Below, in pieces: positions 20,053 through 28,500 of a stretch of DNA of 64,000 bases (position 1 is the first letter of the stretch; each line of letters begins with the position of its first letter). A program made the translations under genes and the position numbers. Source of the stretch: Arenicellales bacterium (GTDB lineage Bacteria; Pseudomonadota; Gammaproteobacteria; Arenicellales; Poriferihabitantaceae); the NCBI GenBank assembly GCA_965116335.1, contig OZ220677.1:922846-986845 (forward strand). The letters are read 5' to 3'. The notes under the pieces were generated by a model. The model was not told the DNA's origin. It worked only from the letters and a program-made list of their open reading frames with translations, and searched no databases.

Positions 20053-21582
20053 TCAGGCTGGAACCAGCTTCAGGTTCAACATTCTCAAGGTGGCCTCTAT
20101 ACCGGCGAACACCTGGTTGGCATTGATGCCGCGGGTTCTGATTTTACGCCCTCCGTCCTGCCAGGTGATGAAACATTCGACCAGCGCACTGGTCTTGCCG
20201 CCTTTCGGTATCCGTACCTGATAATCAACCAGCTCGGGGAATTCAAATCCGGTTTCGTTCAGGATGCTCGAAATAGCGATGATAAAGGCATCGAAACCGC
20301 CATTGCCGGTGCCGGTGGCTTTCAGTGTCTTGTCGAACAGCCGAACACTGATACTGACCACTGAATCCAGTCCCAGCACACTGTTAATCGAACAATTCAG
20401 CAACTCGATCACCTTCTCATCGCGTGTCTCCAGGACGTCGGCGATGATCAGGGGCAGGTCTTCCGGAGTAATACTTTCCTTGGAGTCGCCCAGTTCGACC
20501 ACGCGCTCAAGCACCTTGCTCTGATTCTCCGGCGACAGACTGATGCCCAGTGTTTCCAGGTTTTTCTGCAGAGAAGCCTTGCCACTCATCTTGCCCAATG
20601 CATAAGATCGGGTGCGGTTGAAACGGTCCGGGCTGAGACGAGTCTGATACAGGTCGCCTTTCTGATCGCCATCAGCGTGTATGCCAGCAGTCTGGGTAAA
20701 CACGTCAGTACCGATAACCGGAGCATTACCGGCCACCATTTTCCCGGAGAAATTCTCGACCATCCGGCTGATGTTATAGATTTCGTGCTCCTCGACGCGC
20801 AACTGCGCTCCCAGCTTATCCTTCAATACCAGACAGATTTCCGCCAGAGAAGCGTTGCCCGCCCGTTCTCCCAGGCAATTGACCGTACAATGCACCGAAG
20901 CCGCGCCCGCCCGCACAGCCGCCATGCAGTTCGCCGTTCCGAGACCATAATCGTTATGTGGATGAAAGTCGAACCTGCAATCGGGGAAGCGGTTAATCAT
21001 ATCGGAAAAACTGTCATAGACCTCACCCGGAGACATCACGCCGAGCGTATCAGGCAACATGAAATGCTCAATCGGCAAGGATTGCAGCTGCTTCATCATA
21101 TCAAAAACATACTGCGGGCTGTCCACATAGCCATTCGACCAGTCCTCGAGGTAAAGGTTGACCATCAACCCCTGGTCAGAGGCATACTCGATGGTACGGG
21201 ATATGCCCTCCAGATGCTCCGACAAAGTCTTCCCCAGCTGCTCCCTGCAATGCTTTTCACTGCCTTTGGTGAGCAGGTTGATGACTTTACCGCCAACCCC
21301 TGAAATCCAGTCCACACTGCGCTTGTGATCGACGAACCCAAGCACCTCGACCTGCTCCAGATAGCCTTTCTGACGCGCCCATTGGTTGATGTTGCACACC
21401 GCCTCACGCTCGCCGGAGGATATACCGGCGGAGGCGACTTCGATGCGGTCAATCTTGAGCGAGTCAAGCAGTGCGCGGGCAATGCTTTCTTTCTCAGAGC
21501 GGGAGAATGAGACACCTTGCGTCTGCTCGCCATCGCGCAGGGTTACATCGACAATTTTGACAGCGGGGTTGGATGTTTGCAT
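20053..21582 (-). CDS. cimA: (R)-citramalate synthase (Leptospira-type; LeuA/HCS family with C-terminal regulatory domain)
   Basis: IVDVTLRDGEQTQGVSFSRSEK...IDRIEVASAGISSGE, VEVLGFVD...VINLLTKGS, HPHNDYGLG. Close resemblance over the full length to my recollection of Leptospira CimA. Confidence 0.8.
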   Translation of the reverse strand: MQTSNPAVKIVDVTLRDGEQTQGVSFSRSEKESIARALLDSLKIDRIEVASAGISSGEREAVCNINQWARQKGYLEQVEVLGFVDHKRSVDWISGVGGKVINLLTKGSEKHCREQLGKTLSEHLEGISRTIEYASDQGLMVNLYLEDWSNGYVDSPQYVFDMMKQLQSLPIEHFMLPDTLGVMSPGEVYDSFSDMINRFPDCRFDFHPHNDYGLGTANCMAAVRAGAASVHCTVNCLGERAGNASLAEICLVLKDKLGAQLRVEEHEIYNISRMVENFSGKMVAGNAPVIGTDVFTQTAGIHADGDQKGDLYQTRLSPDRFNRTRSYALGKMSGKASLQKNLETLGISLSPENQSKVLERVVELGDSKESITPEDLPLIIADVLETRDEKVIELLNCSINSVLGLDSVVSISVRLFDKTLKATGTGNGGFDAFIIAISSILNETGFEFPELVDYQVRIPKGGKTSALVECFITWQDGGRKIRTRGINANQVFAGIEATLRMLNLKLVPA

Positions 21583-21733
21583 GGTTAGAGTAAGTAATCG
21601 CGGAAAAACCGGGTATTATCAACCGTATGCGTTGGCATGTCTATCACTAAAAACGGGCATACAACCGGCAATCAGTTTATGGCAACAGATTAAACCCGTT
21701 ATGCCATTAAAAATCTCCCGGTGGGTGGTTTCG

Positions 21734-21762
21734 GGTTGCACAACTCGCAACCTTTGTATAAT
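21734..21762 (+). promoter_or_regulatory. higBA promoter/operator: inverted repeat GGTTGC-N7-GCAACC overlapping the -35 region, perfect TATAAT 7 nt before the ATG (near-leaderless)
   Basis: Read directly: gGGTTGCacaactcGCAACCtttgTATAATatcaataATG. Confidence 0.6.
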
Positions 21763-21769
21763 ATCAATA

Positions 21770-22048
21770 ATGATTAAAAACTTTAAACACAAAGGTCTGA
21801 AGAAGTTTTTTGAAAGTGGCAGTAATGCAGGCATTCAGGCGTCGCACGGTACCAAAATTCGGGATCGACTTACTTTTCTGCATACGGCTGTCTGCATTGA
21901 AGATATGAACCTCCCCGGTTATCGATTGCATGAATTGAAGGGGAAGCTGGCTGGTCACTGGGCAATCGATATCAGTGGTAACTGGAGAATATCATTCAAG
22001 TTTGAACGAGGTGACGCTTACGACGTCAATTACGAGGACTATCACTGA
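21770..22048 (+). CDS. higB: HigB-type toxin (RelE/ParE superfamily, plasmid maintenance system killer family)
   Basis: MIKNFKHKGLKKFFESGS...GNWRISFKFERGDAYDVNYEDYH, 92 aa. The 220-aa track ORF is an artefactual N-terminal extension antisense to cimA. Confidence 0.85.
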   Translation: MIKNFKHKGLKKFFESGSNAGIQASHGTKIRDRLTFLHTAVCIEDMNLPGYRLHELKGKLAGHWAIDISGNWRISFKFERGDAYDVNYEDYH

Positions 22049-22392
22049 TGACTATTCAACAATTCAACCCTCCGCATCCGGGTGGCTTGATCAAGCGGAC
22101 CTACATTGAGCCATTTCCAGATGTTACTGCGGCAGGTATTGCGCGCGAACTCGGTGTTTCCAAAAGTACTTTTAGTCGTTTACTCTCCGGGAAGTCTGAC
22201 ATTTCTCCAGAGATGGCGGTGAGGCTGTCGACGGTATTAGGTCGATCTGCTGAAAGCTGGCTGGCGCTGCAAGACAATCATGATTTGTGGAAAACCCGGC
22301 AGTCAGTGAATACCGATGGGCTGCAAAGGATTCAGTTCAAACAACCGGAAAGAGCAAGGCCGCGCCACGAGGAGGAGTCCGCCAGCGTGTGA
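22048..22392 (+). CDS. higA: HigA-type antitoxin (XRE-family HTH)
   Basis: HPGGLIKRTYIEPF...TAAGIARELGVSKSTFSRLLSGKSDISPEMAVRLS. TGATG overlap with higB. Confidence 0.85.
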   Translation: MTIQQFNPPHPGGLIKRTYIEPFPDVTAAGIARELGVSKSTFSRLLSGKSDISPEMAVRLSTVLGRSAESWLALQDNHDLWKTRQSVNTDGLQRIQFKQPERARPRHEEESASV

Positions 22393-22399
22393 AATGAAG

Positions 22400-25300
22400 T
22401 CAGTCCGTGTTGTCAACTTCGAGCACGATCCTGAGGTCTTCAATATGGGTGTCAAAAAAGTAAACGTTGACCGGCTGGTCGGCGAGTGTCAGTTCCAATT
22501 CACTGCCATTCAGGGTCAGGAACCTGTCCTTCAACTCGTCCTTCGAACCGTTGGCATGCCTGAACATCGCCGCATGATTCGGGCATAGAATGAGGTAGTT
22601 CTGGTAGTGGTGTCTCTCCAGATCCGGGAGAAACTCAACGGCCTCGAAAAAGTAGCTTCCATCAGCCAACCTGAAGGGGAGGCGACCCTTGCACACCTGA
22701 CAGATGGTCACGCCGGCGTTGGTATACATATCCCGCAGATAGGGATTGGTCTTTTCTCTTTTGATCGGGTCGCGATTGACAGACACGGACCGCTCACGCT
22801 TCTCGCTCGTGCGTTCAGGCGCTTCCCCGGCTTCCTTCCGAACCTTCTCCGCTCTTCGGTCACGGTTTCCGGGTGCACGGGTGGGGAGGTCGACAGGTTC
22901 TGCGTTCTCCGCAAGGATTCTCTGTCGGGTCTCTGGAGACAGCGCGGCAAATTGTCTTCCGTGGTCGAGCGCAGCCTCGTCTGGAAAGCCGAGTTCGGCG
23001 GCGATCTCCTGCTTTCTGCGGTGCTGTTCGATACGGTTTTTGGTTTCGGTGCCGAAGCGGATGGCGGTGAGCCAGGCCCATCCGGGATCGAACGGGAATC
23101 CATCCGGCAGGAGGTCTCTCGAAGCTTCAGCGGGGCGAACGAATACATCGTCCCCCTGAGGAACCCAAGCAGTGTTCCGCAACTGGTGAGCGAGCTGAGA
23201 ATCGGCGGAACGAGGGGCGTTCGACTGGTTGTATTGAAATATGGCCTTCCAGATGCTCTCGTCTTGTTGATTCCAGACAAGACGGGAAAGAGTCTCCTGT
23301 CGTTGCGCTGATAGTAACGGGTTGGAAAAGGTATTCCAGACAAGACGGGAAAGAGCTATGGTCGGTATTTCGAACAAAGATTCGAACCCGGGAATTACGA
23401 AGTCACGGTTTATTCCAGTATGCGTGAAGGAAGCTCCCGGAGCACCATGCAAGTACTCTTTTGCTGGATTGTTGGCGCAGGTGATAACCGCAATAATTTT
23501 GAGGCAGTCGGCTACACCGCACATTCGGGCGAATTGGATAAGTTTCTCCCGCAGGTCGAAGGTCTGGTAGCTGTCGGACAAGGCCGCGCGGTCCGATTCG
23601 GAGCCGAGGGATCGGTAGTAGACTTCCAATCCGGTTTCGAGATAAGGGGAGTCGAGGTACAGGTCGTTGGGCTTGGACCAGAGTCTGTCGGCTCGCTGCA
23701 ATATGAAATAGTCCTTGAAGAGGGAGCTTACGTTCCTGTCCTTCCTGTCCTTTTCGAAGAGCGCAATGAAACGTCTCAGGTCGGATTCATGGGTCTCCCA
23801 TGGCGGGACGTTGGCGGGGTCGGCGTATCGTGTTTTGAGAATGGACTCAACCTGCTCGAACTCACCAATCTCCCGGACGCCGATGCCCCCCAGGAAACTC
23901 CTGGCACCAGTCTGTTCCGACTTGGTTCCACCGCCCGTGTAAGTGTCTTCCGCAACGCGGGGATGAATGGGATCTTCACGAATCTCCGGGGTCGGGAAAT
24001 AGCATTCGCCTCCTGTCCTGTATTCGCCGTCCGAAAGTCTGACGATACAGATTTCATCGAACTGATCGATGTCGTCGCTTCCCAGTTCCCGATAAAAGAG
24101 GGCATACAATGCCCGGTGCCACTCTGCCGGTTTCCGGCGTATCCAGTCAAGAAACGGCTCATCGGGACCCTGCTCCTCCCCGAAACAGCCCCGGGGTTTA
24201 TTGGAGAACCGCTTGTCCAGTGCTTCCACGAACTGTTCGACTCCCCAAGGCTTGATGTCGAGGCCATTCAGGAATCGGTCAACCTCAGTGCTTCGTCGTG
24301 TCGCGGCTACCGCCCAGTCGCGCGGGACATCGTCGCTATCAATCAGAAAACGGATATCCTCGTGATCCAGCAAGACCTTCAGTCCGGCCTCCGCCTGCAG
24401 CAATTGATTGGCTGGAGCATGGCCGCCGGTGTGTGTCGGCGTAAGAGGTCGCTCGTTCATTTCGTCAACAATGGCGTCACGTATCGGCGTATACGGAGGT
24501 GGGATTGTGTCCTCGCTATTCGGCAGCACAGCCAGAAACTCCCGGTCAAGCAGGCCGAGGTCGCGGATTGATGACAGCGATTCGGCTGCAAGTCTGGCGA
24601 GTTGTGCGAAGAGTGGTGCGTTTGCTGGCGTGTCCTTGATACTGGAGCGGCTGAGTTCCGGGACGAAGGGCGCATGGAGATGGAATCGCAGGTTTGAAGT
24701 CTCCTTTGCGGCCGTGAAGTAGACCGCAACATGTCCGCGTTCGGCCGGAACAATCCGAAACTGCCTGGAGAGGGGCGAGTGCGTGTCCAACTGAACGTCC
24801 CCGGACAGCTGTTTGAGTTCGAAGGCGATGGCAATGTGCTGACATTCCATCTCATCAACCGGTTCGGTGAAGCGAAGGAAGTGGGAACTTTCGGTCGGCC
24901 TGCCGTCGATCTCCCGAAGAATCTCAATGTGGTGATCCGAATGCAGATTCTGGAGCAGGAGTCCTTCCTGGCCACCGTCTATCCACCACTGGATCTCTTT
25001 AATATTGGACAGGAACAACAGGGTGTTGTCAGAAATATCCTCCAGCCCGTCCCGCACTTCCAAGAGAGCCTGAGCTTGTGGCTTCCTCCCGGAGTCGAAC
25101 GGAAACTCGAACCGCGTGTGACCGTTCAGGGCCGGGTTCGGTGGGATTTCCGACGGGAGTACCATTTCGGAAATCTTGAAGGCGAAGCTCGGCGACCAGA
25201 TGCGAGGTGAAGCCGTGTAGAGGAAGGCCGCCTTGAAGCCGATTCCGAAGCGACCGATTGTATCACTATCATCTTTTGTGCTGAATCCTATACCTGTAAT

Positions 25301-25543
25301 GGCTCTAACGTCTTTATAGTCGAACGGTCTCCCGTTATGTTCAAACGTCAAGCAAGTGTTAAAGAGACGAAAGTTTACTTCCGTTGCTTCTGCATCTTCA
25401 GCATTTTGTAGTAGTTCGTAAATGAAATGTGCTTTATCCGGATAAAAGTCATCGAATAAATCCAAGTTGATGTCGCCTTCATTGACCGCAAGGCCATCCA
25501 AGAATTTTTTTCGTTTTTCTCTTAGGGTCTCAAAAAAATTCAC
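22400..25543 (-). CDS. sacsin/MORC-like GHKL ATPase with C-terminal HNH-like (CxxC...HH..N..CPNH) nuclease module, 1047 aa
   Basis: N-terminal ELLQNAEDA (25391..25417), EHNGRPF, GRFGIGFKAAF form a Bergerat fold. C-terminal CQVCKGRLPF...ERHHYQNYLILCPNHAAMF (22574..22702). GTG start overlaps the stop of the upstream SNF2 gene (GTGA). Confidence 0.75.
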   Translation of the reverse strand: MNFFETLREKRKKFLDGLAVNEGDINLDLFDDFYPDKAHFIYELLQNAEDAEATEVNFRLFNTCLTFEHNGRPFDYKDVRAITGIGFSTKDDSDTIGRFGIGFKAAFLYTASPRIWSPSFAFKISEMVLPSEIPPNPALNGHTRFEFPFDSGRKPQAQALLEVRDGLEDISDNTLLFLSNIKEIQWWIDGGQEGLLLQNLHSDHHIEILREIDGRPTESSHFLRFTEPVDEMECQHIAIAFELKQLSGDVQLDTHSPLSRQFRIVPAERGHVAVYFTAAKETSNLRFHLHAPFVPELSRSSIKDTPANAPLFAQLARLAAESLSSIRDLGLLDREFLAVLPNSEDTIPPPYTPIRDAIVDEMNERPLTPTHTGGHAPANQLLQAEAGLKVLLDHEDIRFLIDSDDVPRDWAVAATRRSTEVDRFLNGLDIKPWGVEQFVEALDKRFSNKPRGCFGEEQGPDEPFLDWIRRKPAEWHRALYALFYRELGSDDIDQFDEICIVRLSDGEYRTGGECYFPTPEIREDPIHPRVAEDTYTGGGTKSEQTGARSFLGGIGVREIGEFEQVESILKTRYADPANVPPWETHESDLRRFIALFEKDRKDRNVSSLFKDYFILQRADRLWSKPNDLYLDSPYLETGLEVYYRSLGSESDRAALSDSYQTFDLREKLIQFARMCGVADCLKIIAVITCANNPAKEYLHGAPGASFTHTGINRDFVIPGFESLFEIPTIALSRLVWNTFSNPLLSAQRQETLSRLVWNQQDESIWKAIFQYNQSNAPRSADSQLAHQLRNTAWVPQGDDVFVRPAEASRDLLPDGFPFDPGWAWLTAIRFGTETKNRIEQHRRKQEIAAELGFPDEAALDHGRQFAALSPETRQRILAENAEPVDLPTRAPGNRDRRAEKVRKEAGEAPERTSEKRERSVSVNRDPIKREKTNPYLRDMYTNAGVTICQVCKGRLPFRLADGSYFFEAVEFLPDLERHHYQNYLILCPNHAAMFRHANGSKDELKDRFLTLNGSELELTLADQPVNVYFFDTHIEDLRIVLEVDNTD
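22422..22442. repeat. left copy of a perfect 21-nt direct repeat AGCACGATCCTGAGGTCTTCA
   Basis: Identical 21-mer at 29749..29769, checked base by base. This copy lies within the last ~14 codons of the GHKL-HNH gene. Confidence 0.9.
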
Positions 25544-28500
25544 TGAACTGAATCCGTTGTAATTTTCAAAGTTCCTTGAACAACTAGGGTAGCGTGGATG
25601 TCGGCACTTTCCGCCAGCCTTTCCAACTCGGCAATCCGGCTCTCATAGTCATAGTTCGCACGCGCCAATTCGCTTTCCTTCATCCGACGAATCTTGTCGT
25701 TTGTCGCGGCTCCGACCTGGCCCTCCAACAACTTGCATCGGGCCCCGTGGCTGGTTCTCAAGCTTTGCCGCCGGTGGTGAACGAGTTCCCGGTTCTCCGC
25801 CACATGATTTGCGCGTGCTGCACGCCATTTGCCGTGGTGCCGCTTATCAAGGCGTTCAATCGCGACTTCGTCAAGCAATGTGCCGTCGGGCGTGTCCACT
25901 GCAACTTCCAACAGGGACATCACCGCGCTGTCCAATTCGGGGTTCTCGGTGACGGACACCAGCGTGTCATCGGATCGAATACCGACATTGCGCCACTGGT
26001 AGAGGGCGAACGGATATTCACCCGGTGGGACAGTTTCGCTTGATGCGATCAGACTGACCTGCACCGCTTGGGAGCGTTTCAGGTGCCGCGCCGCCTGCCT
26101 GAGCAGTGGATGCAGAACGTTGAGATAGACGGCCTTCGGCTCGGCGGCAGCGGCTTCCTGGTCGAAGGTGACCGGCAGCAACGGGTCCGCGCCTCTGAGC
26201 CACTTTTCCCATTGCCGGGCGACCGGATCGGTGGATCGCGGCTGGCCCCGGAAGTCAGCGAGTAGCCTGGCCCGGATATTCTGGCCGAGGCGCAGAGTCT
26301 TAAGAGGTTTGTCGCCGAGCAGAAAATCGCCGTCAGTCTCCGACACGCCCGACAGATAAATGGTAACGCATCGTTGCAGTGCCTCGGCGGACAACCAGAA
26401 GCTCTCAGCCTCCGCGATCTCCTTGCGCCACGACTGGTTTGGAACCGTCAGGCCGAACAGTTCGGCTTGCTTTTCCTCTAACGCTGTCTCTTCCTGAACC
26501 TGGCGGATCTTGTTGTCACCTAGTTGCTGCAGGCGCTCGGCACGCTGTTCCGCCGTCAGCATGAAGCTGTCGGCAATATTGTGAATCTCCCGGGTGATCT
26601 CGCCGAGAATTTCTTCGCTACCGCCGACCGCGTGATGGAATACACCGATGCGCATCAGACAGCGTTCGTAGATGTCCGCGTCGACCGTGCCGGGCGTCAC
26701 CAGGTTGACGATGGCGACGCTCTCGCTCTGCTGGCCGTAGCGATCGATACGCCCGATACGTTGTTCGATACGCATGGGGTTCCACGGCAGATCGTAGTTA
26801 ATTAACAGGTCACAGAACTGGAAGTCAAGCCCTTCGCCGCCGACCTCCGAGGAAAGCAAAACATCCAGCGCCTCCGGGTCGTCCTTCGGCGAAGCGAATC
26901 GGCGGCGCAACTCGGCACGCTGGTCGTCCGGAACGCCGCCGTGCACGAGACCGTAGCGCAAGCCCGCATCCGCGACGTGTTTCTCGATATAGGCGAGTGT
27001 GTGCCGAAAAGTGCTGAAGGCAAGCGCCTTGTTGTTGTCCATCCGACCCTTGTCCCGCAGTACGCTGATGAATACCTGCACCTTGGGGTCGAAGGAATCG
27101 AGATCGTCGGCATGCTCCAGGAGCATCTCGACATCGGTTCGTATCTCGGCAAGAAAATCAGCATCGATGGGAGTCTCGCCATCGGTCCCGTCTGTCGTTT
27201 CAAGACTGTCGAGCTTTCCGACAAGCATATCGCGCAATAGTGGCGCCAGTCCGTAAAGGCAGCTCGCCGCCTGACGACGGATCGTGGTCATCATGAACTT
27301 GACGTTCTGCTCGCCATGGGCACGCGCCAGAATGCGGCTTACCACATTGAGGAGGTCATCATGCAGTCGGCGCTGGTCGGGCGTGAACTCGACCGTCAGC
27401 GTTTCTGGCCGACGGGTCGTGAACTCCCCGATATCCCGGCGGCGAGTCCGGTTAATCATCGGACTGAAGGTATAGAGTTCCTCCAGAGACCGGATGATGC
27501 GAATACGGCTGGCGTCGTCGATATGCTCCTCCGCCAGACGATCATAGATGTCCTGAAACGCTGGCGATTCTCGCAGGAAAAGGAGACCCCACTCGGTCTG
27601 TGCGGCTTGCCCCAAGCATTTGCGGGCTTCGGCCTGCCAGCGATCTCCTTCCGCACGGCAATGGCCCACGGCTGCGTTAATGAACCCGTTGGGCGCAGCC
27701 ATCTGCTCGAAGCTCGGGCGGTCGATGACGAGGTCCGGCCGCAGTACGTTCAGCAAGGTAAAGAGGTCTTGACTGCCAAGTTGCACCGGGGTGGCGGTGA
27801 GAAAGACGGCGGCCTGGGCGTTGTCGCAGAAATAGCGCACCGCTTGGTGAAGGTAGGTATCCGGGTTGCGAATATGGTGCGCCTCGTCGACGATCACGAG
27901 ATCAAATCTGGGCGGCGGGTCAAGTGCGAGCAGTCCCTGGCTAGCTCGCGCCCCCCTTACCTTCTTGCCAAAAAGCAGATCCGAATCAAACAGGGAGAAC
28001 GGTAGTATAGCCTTGGCATAGCGGTCGGGCCATTCACCCTCCAAGTCCATTTCCCGCAGACAGTGGCGTAGCATTCGACCGTCGAGAGTCTCGAAATGCT
28101 CGTCAAAACGCTTCATCTCCACGAACCACTTGCGCTCGGTAACCAGCGCCTTGGGGCAGATGATCAGCACCGAGGAAATGTCCGTCCGTGCCCGCAACTC
28201 TTTGATGATCAGCCCAGCCTCAATCGTCTTGCCCACGCCCACCTCGTCGGCAATCAGCAGACGAGGTCGGTCGGCCCGGATCAATCTCAAAACGGGGCGA
28301 TACTGATAAGGCACGAAGTGAATGCGCCCGGACCGCAGCGAATACAGGTTAGCGGTGGACGGCGAGAGCAGATGCAGGCTGGTCAGATGGGCGCGTACTT
28401 CGCCAGCACTGAGTAGAGAAGGTTCGTCTGAGGACTCAAGGGGCCGCAGCTGGCTCTCGTAGTAGGTCGCCTGACGATTGTCCTGGAAAACCTGGTAGCG

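Noticed and set aside
21386-22048. 220-aa ORF in the track suggesting a large protein ending where higB ends
   Set aside because: The first ~128 codons are antisense to cimA and the intergenic region and have no protein-like features. The conserved HigB sequence starts at ATG 21770, right behind a TATAAT box.
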